From an uncultured Thermoplasmata archaeon (GTDB taxonomy: Archaea > Thermoplasmatota > Thermoplasmata > RBG-16-68-12), in contig CAVYJM010000010.1 of assembly GCA_963768855.1 (NCBI GenBank), positions 145,691 through 209,690 on the forward strand: a stretch of DNA of 64,000 nt. Reading direction: 5' to 3'. Numbering within the stretch: the stretch's first letter is position 1; every line of letters begins with the position of its first letter. Below are positions 19,441 through 28,685 of the stretch, in pieces. The notes under the pieces were generated by a model. It searched no databases. It saw only the letters and a program-made list of their open reading frames with translations, and was not told the origin of the DNA. Both the position numbers and the translations under genes were made by a program.

Positions 19441-20199
19441 GTGCGCAAGGTGCTGGGCATCCTGACGGAGGACTTCCGCCTCTACCACGACCTGGTCGGC
19501 GCGCTCAAGGCTCGGGGCGCTCCCTTCACGAGTCTTTCGTTTTCCCGCCGCGTCCCGGAGACGGTTGGGGCCGTCCTCACATCGGCGGCCGAGGCGCCGC
19601 GGATCCGGTTCAAGAACGTGGTCGTGGTCCACGACCTCGACAACGCGATCGCCCGCGCCCTCCAGCTCCTGAAGGGGAAGACGGAGTGGACAGAACTCCT
19701 CATCGGCGTGGATCCGGGTCATGAGCCCGGGGTCGCGGTCGTCGGGGACGGCGACGTCCTCGACACGTACCTCGCGCCCAGCCCCGAGGCCGTCCGGGAC
19801 CAGGTGCGTACCGCCCTCCGGACATTCCCGGCGAAGCGGGTGCGCGTGCGGGTCGGCCACGGCGATCCGACGAACCGGAACCGCATCCTGAACTCCCTGG
19901 CGGACGACGGTCTCCGCCTCGAGATCGTCGACGAGGCGGGCACGACCCACCGGACGCCCCAACCGGACCTGGACGCCGCCGTCGACATCGCCCGGACTCC
20001 CGGCGTGCGGGTCGAACCCCCGTTCGAGGTGCGGCCGACGCCCGGAGAGGTGCGCGAGATCCAGCGGCGGTCCCGTCTGCAGAGCGGCGGCCAGGTGACG
20101 ATCTCCTCGGAGCTCGCGAACGGCGTGGCACAGGGGAAGCTGACCCTGGACGAGGCCGTTGCCCGGCAGCGGCGGCGCGACCGGAGTTCAAAGGACTGA
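19441..20199 (+). CDS. Conserved hypothetical protein with a possible RNase H-like (YqgF-like) domain
   Basis: LIGVDPGHEPGVAVVGDG strand pattern, RVGHGD and IVDE motifs; GTG start. Confidence 0.6.
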   Translation: MRKVLGILTEDFRLYHDLVGALKARGAPFTSLSFSRRVPETVGAVLTSAAEAPRIRFKNVVVVHDLDNAIARALQLLKGKTEWTELLIGVDPGHEPGVAVVGDGDVLDTYLAPSPEAVRDQVRTALRTFPAKRVRVRVGHGDPTNRNRILNSLADDGLRLEIVDEAGTTHRTPQPDLDAAVDIARTPGVRVEPPFEVRPTPGEVREIQRRSRLQSGGQVTISSELANGVAQGKLTLDEAVARQRRRDRSSKD

Positions 20200-20601
20200 C
20201 GCGTACCGGGCCTCGAGTTCCTTCCGCTTCTTGAAGTACATCTCTTCGGCGATCTCCCCGGAGGCCAGTCGGCCCTCGAGGGCCTCGAGCTCCCGATCGT
20301 AATCGAGGCGGAACAGGTCCCTGTACTCCTTCACGACCCTCTCCAGGAGGTCGAGCAGGTCCCTCCCTCGCTGCGTCACCTGGTACACGATTCGAGGCCG
20401 GCCGTTCGGCGGGAAGATGGCGGCGCGGTCGACGAGCCCCCACTGGAACAGCTCGAGGAGCTGCTTGTCCACGGACGTCCGTCGGATCTTGAGCTTCTTC
20501 GCGAGGTCTTCCGGGTGGTCGAACCCCTGCTGCAGGAGGCGGAGGATCTGGCGACGCGTCTCGGACGACGCGATGCGGACAAGCTCGAGCGGTTCCGGCA
20601 T
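20188..20601 (-). CDS. ArsR-like winged-helix transcription regulator with a C-terminal SHOCT-like helix
   Basis: SETRRQILRLL...EDLAKKLKIRRTSVDKQLLELFQWGLV...IVYQVT; tail LEGRLASGEIAEEMYFKKRKEL. Confidence 0.75.
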   Translation of the reverse strand: MPEPLELVRIASSETRRQILRLLQQGFDHPEDLAKKLKIRRTSVDKQLLELFQWGLVDRAAIFPPNGRPRIVYQVTQRGRDLLDLLERVVKEYRDLFRLDYDRELEALEGRLASGEIAEEMYFKKRKELEARYASVL

Positions 20602-20757
20602 CGACGAGCCGGCGACCTCCCTGTGCCTACTTCAAAGTTCTTCCGCTCCCTGTCGGGACGTTTCTCCCGCGAAGGAGAAGATGATTTCTGCAGGGCTGAG
20701 GATGTTATTTCCGCCCGCGAGGCTTGGATAAGTACGCCGCCGTGGCTGTCTCGGGAC

Positions 20758-20961
20758 ATGTACCCGAACAAGACGGCGGGAATCTGGGAGACCGTGATGA
20801 GCGCCCTGTCCTTGGTGATCGTCCGAGGCAAGCCGCTGGCGAGCCGTCCGCGGCGCCGCCCGCTTCGGCCGGACCAGGACGCACAGAGGTCGATCCTCAC
20901 GGCCGCGCGGCAGAAGGAAACCTATTTCCAGATGGCGCGACAGTTCCGGTGGAACCGATGA
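20758..20961 (+). CDS. 67-aa basic hypothetical protein
   Basis: TATA-like GGATAAGT about 30 nt upstream (leaderless); stop overlaps the next ATG (ATGA). Confidence 0.5.
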   Translation: MYPNKTAGIWETVMSALSLVIVRGKPLASRPRRRPLRPDQDAQRSILTAARQKETYFQMARQFRWNR

Positions 20962-21917
20962 AGCGCAAGGACATCCTCCAACGCCTCGAGGAGCGGCTGG
21001 CGCGGGGCGAGATTTCCGAGAAGACGTACCTCGACATCAAGGCCCGGTACGATGCGGAGCCCGAGGAGACGGAGGCTGCCGCCGCGCCAGGACCGAGCCT
21101 CGGGGACTCCATCCACGAGACCGTGAGCCGGGCCACCGAGGAGGCCTTCCGGGCGAGCCAGGAGTCCATGCAGGCCGTCAACGACTCGATGGGGGCGATG
21201 CGGGAGTCCATGCGGGCGACGCGCGATTCCGTGCGGGCGATGGACTTCGCAGGCATCGGCGTGAAGCTCAGCGGCGAGGAGATCAAGATCGTCGGCTCCG
21301 GCGTGGTCGCGGGAAACCCCGTGAAGACGATCGAGTTCAAGGCGGCCGGGAGCGCCCGGGTGAAGGGGCCGCTCGAGTGCGAGAGCGTGAAGGTCTCCGG
21401 CTCCTGCGACTTCGACGGGGACGTCCAGTGCGTGGAGTTCCGGTCCTCCGGCTCGGCCCGAATCGCGGGTTCCCTCAAGGCGCAGGACGTGGACGTCAGC
21501 GGTTCGCTCGAGGTCTCGAAGGACATCGACGCGGTCGACATCTCCGCGAGCGGGGGCCTCCGGGTGGACGGGAACGTCCACGGCCAGGACTTCCACTCCT
21601 CGGGTGTCGTGCGGATCCCCGGGGAGCTCAAGGCGCAGGACGTGGACATCGAGCTCGGCGGGAGTTCGCAAATCGGCAAGATCGAGGGCCAGGATATCTC
21701 CGTGCGGGCGGCGGGCGGGTTCGTCCGTTCCCGCGGCGACCTGACCGTGGACCGCATCGTGGGCCAGGACGTCGCCCTCGTCGGGACGAACGCCGCCTAC
21801 CTCGAGGGCCGCGACGTCCGGATCGGGCCCCACTGCCACATCGGCGTGGTCGTCGCGCAGGACCTCGTCGTGCACGAGTCGAGCGAGGTCAAGGAGCGCC
21901 GCATGCCGAATGCCTGA
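20958..21917 (+). CDS. Bactofilin-like (YhbE/YhbF-type polymer-forming cytoskeletal) protein with an N-terminal SHOCT-like helix
   Basis: Repeated SGS/AGS beta-helix rungs and C-terminal LEGRDVRIGPHCHIGVV; N-terminal LEERLARGEISEKTY. Confidence 0.7.
   Translation: MKRKDILQRLEERLARGEISEKTYLDIKARYDAEPEETEAAAAPGPSLGDSIHETVSRATEEAFRASQESMQAVNDSMGAMRESMRATRDSVRAMDFAGIGVKLSGEEIKIVGSGVVAGNPVKTIEFKAAGSARVKGPLECESVKVSGSCDFDGDVQCVEFRSSGSARIAGSLKAQDVDVSGSLEVSKDIDAVDISASGGLRVDGNVHGQDFHSSGVVRIPGELKAQDVDIELGGSSQIGKIEGQDISVRAAGGFVRSRGDLTVDRIVGQDVALVGTNAAYLEGRDVRIGPHCHIGVVVAQDLVVHESSEVKERRMPNA
21159..21242 (+). repeat. Four degenerate 21-bp tandem repeats (heptads) in the bactofilin linker
   Basis: QESMQAV/NDSMGAM/RESMRAT/RDSVRAM. 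Confidence 0.7.
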
Positions 21918-21996
21918 TTCGGCCCTTGGTCTCTCCATATGAAACATTGACAAACACCCCACAACGTTGATATAAGCCGGAGGGTTTTGAAGCGCC

Positions 21997-24216
21997 GTGC
22001 CCGAAAGGGTCGTTCTCAAGGTTGCGGAAGCGCCCCAGAGTGACGTCGGCCTGGGTCGAGCCCGGGTCGACACGAAGACGCGCTTGGCGCTCGGCGTCGA
22101 CGTGGGCGAGATCATCCAGATCATTGGGAAGAAGTCCACTGCGGCCAAACTCTTCCGCGTCATGCAGGAGGACGAGGGCAAGGGCATGATCCGCATCGAC
22201 GGCCTGGTCCGCCGCAACGTCGGCGTGAGCCTGGGCGACAAGGTCGAGGTCCGGAAGGCGGAGGTCCTCCAGGCCGAGCGGGTGACGATCGCCCCCATCA
22301 TCAGCGAGGGCCACAAAATCTCCTTCGGGCAGGGCATCGAGAACTTCGTGAAGCGCGGGCTGCTGAAGCGGCCGCTGAACAAGGGCGACGTCGTCATCGT
22401 CCCCGGAATCGCCCTGATGGGCGGCGCGCTCCCGTTCATGGTCATCAACACGGCGCCCAAGGGCGTCGTCCAGATCAACGACGACACGATCGTCGAGATG
22501 AAGGAGGAGCCGGTCCGCGAGGGCGAGGTCCTCACGCCGACCGTGACCTACGAGGACATCGGAGGCCTGAAAGAGGAGCTCATGAAGGTCCGCGAGATGA
22601 TCGAGCTCCCGCTGAAGCACGCGGAGCTGTTCGAGCGCCTCGGGATCGACCCGCCGAAGGGGGTCCTCCTATACGGTCCTCCAGGCACCGGCAAGACCCT
22701 GATCGCGAAGGCGGTGGCCAACGAGGCTGGCGCCAACTTCTACTCGATCCAGGGCCCGGAGATCATGTCCAAGTACTACGGGCAGTCGGAGGAGCGCCTC
22801 CGCGAGAAGTTCGAGGAGGCCCAGAAGAACTCGCCCTCCGTGCTCTTCATCGACGAGCTCGACTCGATCGCCCCGAAGCGGGAGGAGGTCACCGGCGAGG
22901 TCGAGCGGCGCGTCGTGGCGCAGCTCCTGACCCTCATGGACGGCCTCTCCGGACGCGGGCAGGTCATCGTCATCGGCGCGACGAACCGGGACGAGGCTAT
23001 CGACCCGGCGCTCCGCCGCCCCGGGCGCTTCGACCGCGAAATCGAGATCGGGGTCCCGGACCGCGACGGCCGCAAGGAGGTCCTCCAGATCCACACGCGG
23101 GGCATGCCTATTGAGGGAGCCGAGGAAGAGCGGGACCACCTGCTCAGCGAGCTCTCCGACGTCACCCACGGGTTCGTCGGCGCCGACCTCGCGGCCCTCG
23201 CGCGGGAGGCGGCCATGAAGACGCTCCGCCGCTACCTGCCGGACATCGACCTCGAGAAGCCCATCCCCGCCGAGACCCTCGAGAAGATGCGCGTCCTCCC
23301 GGAGGACTTCAAGAACGCCCTCAAGGAGGTCGAGCCGAGCGCGATGCGCGAGGTCCTCGTGGAGATCCCCAAGATCTCCTGGGGCGACGTTGGCGGACTT
23401 GGGGACGTGAAGATGAAGCTCCGCGAGGCCGTCGAGATGCCCCTCAAGGACCCCGACGCGTTCAAGCGCATGGGGATCAAGCCGCCGCGCGGCATCCTGT
23501 TGTACGGCCCGCCGGGCTCGGGGAAGACCCTGCTCGCCAAGGCCGTGGCCAACGAGTCCGAGGCCAACTTCATCTCGATCAAAGGCCCCGAGGTCATGTC
23601 GAAGTGGGTCGGCGAGTCGGAGAAGGCCGTCCGGACGATCTTCAAGAAGGCGAAGCAGGTCGCCCCGTGCATCGTCTTCCTCGACGAGCTCGATGCGATC
23701 GCGCACCGCCGCGGGTTCGACAACGACTCCGGCGTGAGCGAGCGCGTCGTGAACCAGCTCCTGACGTCGATGGACGGCCTCGAGACCCTCGAAGGCGTCG
23801 TGGTGATCGGCGCGACGAACCGTCCCGACATGGTCGACCCGGCGCTCCTGCGCACGGGCCGGTTCGATCGAATCCTGCTCGTCCCGGCGCCCGACAAGGC
23901 CGCCCGCCTGGAGATCCTCAAGGTCCACACGAAAAGCATGCCCCTGGAAGCCGTCGACGTCGACGAGCTCGCGGAGGAGCTCGACGGCTACACGGGCGCG
24001 GACATCGAGGGTCTCTGTCGCGAGGCCGCGATGATCGCCCTGCGGGAGAAGAAGGACGCCCGGAAGGTGTCCATGGTCCACTTCCAGGAAGCGATCAAGG
24101 TCGTGCGGCCGAGCCTGGACGAGGACACGGTCAAGTTCTACGAAAACCTCGGCAAGACGATGGAGCGCGGCACTGCGCGGCGCCAGAAGGAAGAGGTCCT
24201 CGGGTACTATCGCTGA
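21997..24216 (+). CDS. cdc48: Cdc48/VCP family AAA+ ATPase (VAT)
   Basis: N-domain plus two AAA modules ([14 protein letters not shown] and [14 protein letters not shown]), each with an SRH motif. Confidence 0.97.
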   Translation: MPERVVLKVAEAPQSDVGLGRARVDTKTRLALGVDVGEIIQIIGKKSTAAKLFRVMQEDEGKGMIRIDGLVRRNVGVSLGDKVEVRKAEVLQAERVTIAPIISEGHKISFGQGIENFVKRGLLKRPLNKGDVVIVPGIALMGGALPFMVINTAPKGVVQINDDTIVEMKEEPVREGEVLTPTVTYEDIGGLKEELMKVREMIELPLKHAELFERLGIDPPKGVLLYGPPGTGKTLIAKAVANEAGANFYSIQGPEIMSKYYGQSEERLREKFEEAQKNSPSVLFIDELDSIAPKREEVTGEVERRVVAQLLTLMDGLSGRGQVIVIGATNRDEAIDPALRRPGRFDREIEIGVPDRDGRKEVLQIHTRGMPIEGAEEERDHLLSELSDVTHGFVGADLAALAREAAMKTLRRYLPDIDLEKPIPAETLEKMRVLPEDFKNALKEVEPSAMREVLVEIPKISWGDVGGLGDVKMKLREAVEMPLKDPDAFKRMGIKPPRGILLYGPPGSGKTLLAKAVANESEANFISIKGPEVMSKWVGESEKAVRTIFKKAKQVAPCIVFLDELDAIAHRRGFDNDSGVSERVVNQLLTSMDGLETLEGVVVIGATNRPDMVDPALLRTGRFDRILLVPAPDKAARLEILKVHTKSMPLEAVDVDELAEELDGYTGADIEGLCREAAMIALREKKDARKVSMVHFQEAIKVVRPSLDEDTVKFYENLGKTMERGTARRQKEEVLGYYR

Positions 24217-24276
24217 GATCCGCGGCGTAAACGCGAGGTCGCACCTTTTTTATCCGCTCCGCGCCTTCCCGGAGAC

Positions 24277-24936
24277 ATGTCAGCGGTAAAGTCGGTCAGG
24301 ACCTACGTCAATCGGTTCCTGGGGCTCGGGTGGGCCCGGGTCTTCCTCGTCCTCGGAATCATCTTCGTCATTCTGACTTTGGTGAGCCCCCTTTGGGCGG
24401 TAACCGATAACGGAGCCCCCGGCGAATATGACACAACGACCTACGGATGGACCTCCGTCACCGTCACCACATACCATGGCGGCGTGTGGGAATCCACCGC
24501 CACTCTCTCCTACAACGCGCGCGGCTTCGATGCCCATACGATTGCGAATGCCCTTGGCACTTCCTACGTTCTGTCGATTGTCCTCCTGATTGTCTTCTTT
24601 GCGGCGGTCGCGCTTTACTCCCTTGAGTCGGTGCATCGTCTCCCGGGCCTTGGGCTCCTCATCCTTGGTCTGATCGTCGTGGTCTTCGCCTTCGTCGCCC
24701 TTCTATATCCAGTCCTGACGGTCCCGTCGGCGGCAGCAGCCGATGTCCGCAACGCCGCGATCACGGGATACTGGGGTTCCGCAGGATCGCTCTCCTGGGG
24801 CGCCGCCCTCGGATGGTGGTTCCTCCTCATCGGTGTCATCCTGGGGATCGTCGGGGGCGTCTGGCCCTTCCTGAAGAGTATGCGGCAGCCCATGGTCCGC
24901 GCCCCGCCGCCCCGCGAGTGGCAGGTCGAGCGCTGA
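24277..24936 (+). CDS. Four-TM membrane protein with a large beta-rich first loop
   Basis: Four hydrophobic segments; Thr/Tyr-rich loop; lower GC3 than its neighbours. Confidence 0.65.
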   Translation: MSAVKSVRTYVNRFLGLGWARVFLVLGIIFVILTLVSPLWAVTDNGAPGEYDTTTYGWTSVTVTTYHGGVWESTATLSYNARGFDAHTIANALGTSYVLSIVLLIVFFAAVALYSLESVHRLPGLGLLILGLIVVVFAFVALLYPVLTVPSAAAADVRNAAITGYWGSAGSLSWGAALGWWFLLIGVILGIVGGVWPFLKSMRQPMVRAPPPREWQVER

Positions 24937-24989
24937 CGTCCATCCGGTCGGCCGTTGACGGAAGCCTCATATAGGTCGCGTCAGATGTA

Positions 24990-24998
24990 TGTCAGACA
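24990..24998. promoter_or_regulatory. Palindrome TGTCAGACA downstream of a TATA-like box, before the PRC-barrel gene
   Basis: Variant of the TGTCNGACA motif; CTCATATA lies about 20 nt upstream. Confidence 0.3.
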
Positions 24999-25058
24999 AA
25001 GGGATGGGATTCCGACGCGGCGGGGCCGCGGAGGGCCCTCACCGATGCGGGTGATGGG

Positions 25059-25295
25059 ATGAAGAAATTCGCCACCGAGCTCCGGGGGAAGACCGTCATG
25101 ACGAATGATGGCCAGATCCTCGGCACGATCGACAATTTCATCGTGAACACGAAGAGCGGAAAGCTGTCCGACGTGCTCGTCGCGCCGGCCGAAAACGTGG
25201 GCGGAAAGGAGTTCAAGACGGACCCCGAGGGCCGGTTCATCCTGCCCTTCAAGGGAATGCGGTCCGTCAAAGACGTCGTCGTGATGACGCTCTAG
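25059..25295 (+). CDS. PRC-barrel domain protein
   Basis: ELRGKTVMTNDGQILGTIDNFIVNTKSGKL...VKDVVV. Confidence 0.85.
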   Translation: MKKFATELRGKTVMTNDGQILGTIDNFIVNTKSGKLSDVLVAPAENVGGKEFKTDPEGRFILPFKGMRSVKDVVVMTL

Positions 25296-25465
25296 GCGCT
25301 CCCCGTCGCCTTCCGCCCCGAGAGCACCGCCAGCGCGCGCTTCATCGCCTCCGGCTCCTCGAGCAGAGCCTCGAGGACTGCCTCGATCAGCGCCTCGGTC
25401 GACCAGATCTCAATAATGAGGTCGGGGTCCCGGTGAAGGGACCACTCGACCTTGGGCGGATTCAC
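25292..25465 (-). CDS. 57-aa hypothetical protein directly downstream of flotillin (absent from the ORF track)
   Basis: GTG 4 nt after the flotillin stop, with GTGAGGG SD-like; MNPPKVEWSLHRDPDLIIEIWSTEALIEAVLEALLEEPEAMKRALAVLSGRKATGSA. Confidence 0.5.
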   Translation of the reverse strand: MNPPKVEWSLHRDPDLIIEIWSTEALIEAVLEALLEEPEAMKRALAVLSGRKATGSA

Positions 25466-25469
25466 GCCC

Positions 25470-26951
25470 TCACTTCGTGACGTCCTTCAGCTTGCCTGCC
25501 AGCTCCGTGAGGTCCATGCCCGTGAGGGCCTTGACGAGGGCCGGCGCGGTCGCAGCGATGTCCACGACGCTCGAGACAAGCTGGGACGGTCCGCCACTGC
25601 CCATGATGATGAGCTTCTGGGTCGTCTCGAGGGACTTCGCGGCGTTCGCGACGATCTCCGGGAGCTTCTCCACGATGAGCTGCGTGACGGCGGCCTTGCC
25701 GTACTTCTCCCAGGCCTCGGCCTTGGCCTGCATCGCGACGGCCTCGGCGAGCCCGGTGGCCTTGATCGCGTAGGCCTGGGCTTCACCTTTCAACCGGATG
25801 ATGTCCGCCTCTGCGGTCCCTTCCTGCCGGATCCGCTCCGCCTCACCCATCGCGGTCCGGGCGAGGCGCTCGCGCTCGCCCTCCGCGACGAGGATCGCGC
25901 GTTCCTTCTCGCCTTCCGCGGTGATAATGAGCTTCCGCTTCTCGCCGTCCGCATTGGCTGCAACGGCGTCCGCGGCCGCCCGGGCCGGCACGACCTGGGC
26001 GGCGATCTGCTCCTGCTCACGGCGCTTGACTTCCTGCTCCTGGACGAGGACCTCCTGCTCCTTCGCGCGGATGTCGATCTTCCGCTGCTCGACAATGAGC
26101 TCCTGGTCCCGCTTCGCGGTCTGGAGCTGGAAGGCGATTTCCTTGTTCGCCCGCTCGAGCTCGACCGTGGCCTCGGACTGCTGCTTGATCACGTCCCGGT
26201 CTCGGTGGAACTGGGCGACGTTGGCCTCGGCTTGGGCGTTCGCCCTCTCGGCTTCTTGGGCCGCGGTTGCCTCGGCGACGGTCGCTTCGCGGTTGGCGTT
26301 CGCCTTGCCGACGCGAGCGTCCCGCTTGACTTCCTCCGTCCGCTTGACGCCGAGGGCGGTCAAGTAGCCCTGCGCGTCCTCGATTTCCTTGATCACGAAC
26401 GAACGGATCTCGATGCCCATGTTCCGCAGGTCGTTCCCAGCCATCCCGAGGATCTTGGACGCGATCGCGTCCCGGTCCGAGTTGACCTCTTCGACGGTGA
26501 GGGTGGCGCACACGCCACGGACGTGGCCCTCGAGGGTCTTCAGGGCGATCTCGTCGACCTGCTGCTCCGTCTTGCCGAGGAGGTTCTCTGCGGCGGTGTT
26601 GAGAGTGGCCTCGTCCGAGGAGATTTTCACCTGGGCGACCGCTTTGATGTTGATCCGCGCGCCGGACCGCTTGACGTCCGTCACGATCTCCGCGACGATC
26701 AGGTCCAGGGTGCGCACGTCGAGGCGCAGCCACTCGATCGACTCGACGATTGGGTAGATGAGTTTCGCGCCCCCCGAGAGCACCTGGTATCCGCGTCCTC
26801 CCTGGCCCCTCTGCTTCCTCCCGTAGACGACCATCGCCATGTTCGGTGGCACTTTCTTGTAGCGGCTCGCGTACAGCAGGATGGCCGCAAACACGACAAT
26901 TACGATCCCCAAGATGACAAAGCTCAGTATCTCTTCGCCCGCCACAACCAT
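25470..26951 (-). CDS. Flotillin-like SPFH (band 7) protein
   Basis: N-terminal TM, SPFH domain (YKKVPPNMAMVVYG...LEGHVRGVCATLTVEE), Ala/Glu-rich coiled-coil flotillin domain; SD GGAGAGGTG. Confidence 0.9.
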   Translation of the reverse strand: MVVAGEEILSFVILGIVIVVFAAILLYASRYKKVPPNMAMVVYGRKQRGQGGRGYQVLSGGAKLIYPIVESIEWLRLDVRTLDLIVAEIVTDVKRSGARINIKAVAQVKISSDEATLNTAAENLLGKTEQQVDEIALKTLEGHVRGVCATLTVEEVNSDRDAIASKILGMAGNDLRNMGIEIRSFVIKEIEDAQGYLTALGVKRTEEVKRDARVGKANANREATVAEATAAQEAERANAQAEANVAQFHRDRDVIKQQSEATVELERANKEIAFQLQTAKRDQELIVEQRKIDIRAKEQEVLVQEQEVKRREQEQIAAQVVPARAAADAVAANADGEKRKLIITAEGEKERAILVAEGERERLARTAMGEAERIRQEGTAEADIIRLKGEAQAYAIKATGLAEAVAMQAKAEAWEKYGKAAVTQLIVEKLPEIVANAAKSLETTQKLIIMGSGGPSQLVSSVVDIAATAPALVKALTGMDLTELAGKLKDVTK

Positions 26952-26963
26952 CACCTCTCCGTG

Positions 26964-27500
26964 TCACACCTTGTGTACCTTTACCGAGTTCCCAACGACG
27001 CTATCCACGACCACGTGCTCGTCCGTGGTAATTTCCGTGTCCGCGATGGCCTGCAGGAGGGTCCGTCCGCGGGCTTCCGTGACCACGACGACTTGTCCGG
27101 GCTGGCCCGGGCGGATCGGGACGAGGACTTGGCCCTTGTAGCCCACGATGGCCGCAAGGTCGACCTTCGTCTCCGCCTGGGTCTTCACGAACACGTTGAG
27201 CATCAGGACGTACATGCCCGCGCCGACGAGGCCGGCGCACGCGGCGGCCAGGAGCGGCGTCAGCACGGGGCCGTAGTTGAGGAACTCGAAGATTGTTCCG
27301 AACCCGCCGAAGGCGGCGCCGAAGGAAGAGATGATCGGCAGGCTCAGGGGGCTCACGCCGCCGTCGATGTCGCCCCCAACGCCAATGTCGTGGTCGAAAT
27401 CGATACCACCGATGTCGCCCAGGGCCATGACCAGGAACAGCAGCAAAATGAACGCGATCATGATCCAAGTGTACGGGCTCAAACCAAGCAACCAAGCCAT
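26964..27500 (-). CDS. NfeD-like (YuaF/NfeD1b-type) membrane protein
   Basis: Three TMs and a C-terminal OB-fold (VGYKGQVLVPIRPGQPGQVVV...VVVDSVVGNSVKV); adjacent to flotillin. Confidence 0.85.
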   Translation of the reverse strand: MAWLLGLSPYTWIMIAFILLLFLVMALGDIGGIDFDHDIGVGGDIDGGVSPLSLPIISSFGAAFGGFGTIFEFLNYGPVLTPLLAAACAGLVGAGMYVLMLNVFVKTQAETKVDLAAIVGYKGQVLVPIRPGQPGQVVVVTEARGRTLLQAIADTEITTDEHVVVDSVVGNSVKVHKV

Positions 27501-27504
27501 GCTC

Positions 27505-28023
27505 TCAACGCTCCTCGGAGCGCCGCCACTCTCGCGTGGCGGGCTCCGTCCTCTTCTTGGGCAGCTTCACGACCTCTGCGACGCCCTTCGCCTGCGCGCC
27601 GCAGTTCCAGCAGAAGGTATCGCCTGTGTGCAGCTGGACGCCGCAGTACGCGCAGTAGAGGATGCCCGGCTTCGCAGGTGGCGCGGGCCGCTTCGGTGCG
27701 GCCGCAGGGGTCTTTACCGCAGGAGGCCGCCTTCCGGGCGGGGCGGCCGGAGGCTTCGGCGGAGGAGGCGTCGGCGGGCCCTCGAAGACGGTCCCGCATT
27801 CGTTGCAGTTCGTGGCGTCGGGCGCGACGAGGGCGCCGCAGATCGGGCAGATGTAGCCTCGGAACACGACCCCCCGCTGTCCGAATCCCAGGTCGCGGTT
27901 GGGCTGGAACTCGAGTTCCCGCGAGAACAGGAAGTCCAGCGGCCGACTTGAGTCGAACGTCAGCGGTCGACCGGGCTCGAATTCGAGCTTGCGGTTCGGG
28001 TCGAAGTTTAGGTACCCCGCCAT
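27505..28023 (-). CDS. Protein with two Zn ribbons and N-terminal octapeptide repeats
   Basis: CPIC..CNEC and CAYC..CWNC separated by a Pro/Ala linker. Confidence 0.75.
   Translation of the reverse strand: MAGYLNFDPNRKLEFEPGRPLTFDSSRPLDFLFSRELEFQPNRDLGFGQRGVVFRGYICPICGALVAPDATNCNECGTVFEGPPTPPPPKPPAAPPGRRPPAVKTPAAAPKRPAPPAKPGILYCAYCGVQLHTGDTFCWNCGAQAKGVAEVVKLPKKRTEPATREWRRSEER
27868..28011 (-). repeat. Six 8-residue (24-bp) repeats LxFxxxRx
   Basis: LNFDPNRK/LEFEPGRP/LTFDSSRP/LDFLFSRE/LEFQPNRD/LGFGQRGV. Confidence 0.7.
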
Positions 28024-28100
28024 GTCCCTCCACTCCAGTGGGCACTATGGGGGGTCTTGGCATGATATAGATTGTGTAGGAACTCCCCATATTCCGACAC

Positions 28101-28559
28101 TCAGGGGAGGACCCGGCGCTCCTCCTTCACGACGTTGAGGACGACCTGGGTGTACGTGTTCTCGACGTATTCCATGGACCCCAGGTGTTTGATGAATCCG
28201 TCGAGCTCCCGGGTGCTCTTCAGCCGCACGACGAGGATCGAATCCCATTCGCCCGTGACGTCGAAGACGTGCGTCACGTGGTCGTCCTTCGCGATCCGCC
28301 GCTGGACCTCGAGGAGCCGGCCCTTGTGGATCTTGACACCCACGACGGCCAGCACGTCGAACCCGATCTTCGATTCGTCGATGAGCGGGGCGTAGCCCGT
28401 GATGACCCCTTCCGACTCGAGCTTCCGGATGCGGTTGGAGACCGTGCTGATGCTCGCGTCGACCTCCTTCGCGATGTCCCGGTAGGACTTCCGGGCGTCC
28501 TGGTTCAGCAGGGCCACGATTCGCAAATCGAGCTCGTCGAGTTTCACCATCGGAGTCAT
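28101..28559 (-). CDS. Lrp/AsnC family transcription regulator, divergent from glnA
   Basis: LDELDLRIVALLNQDARKSYRDIAKEV...RIRKLESEGVITGY; RAM domain VTGEWD; SD AGGTGA. Confidence 0.92.
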   Translation of the reverse strand: MTPMVKLDELDLRIVALLNQDARKSYRDIAKEVDASISTVSNRIRKLESEGVITGYAPLIDESKIGFDVLAVVGVKIHKGRLLEVQRRIAKDDHVTHVFDVTGEWDSILVVRLKSTRELDGFIKHLGSMEYVENTYTQVVLNVVKEERRVLP

Positions 28560-28685
28560 GGGGTTCACCTGGGGAACGGCACTCCGAGCATGACGGTTCC
28601 GGTGCCGTTCGAATGCTCGAAATCGGAGGCGGGGCTGAGGTCTGGATGCGACATTGTCTGATGAATCGACATGGGAGCGTTCAAA

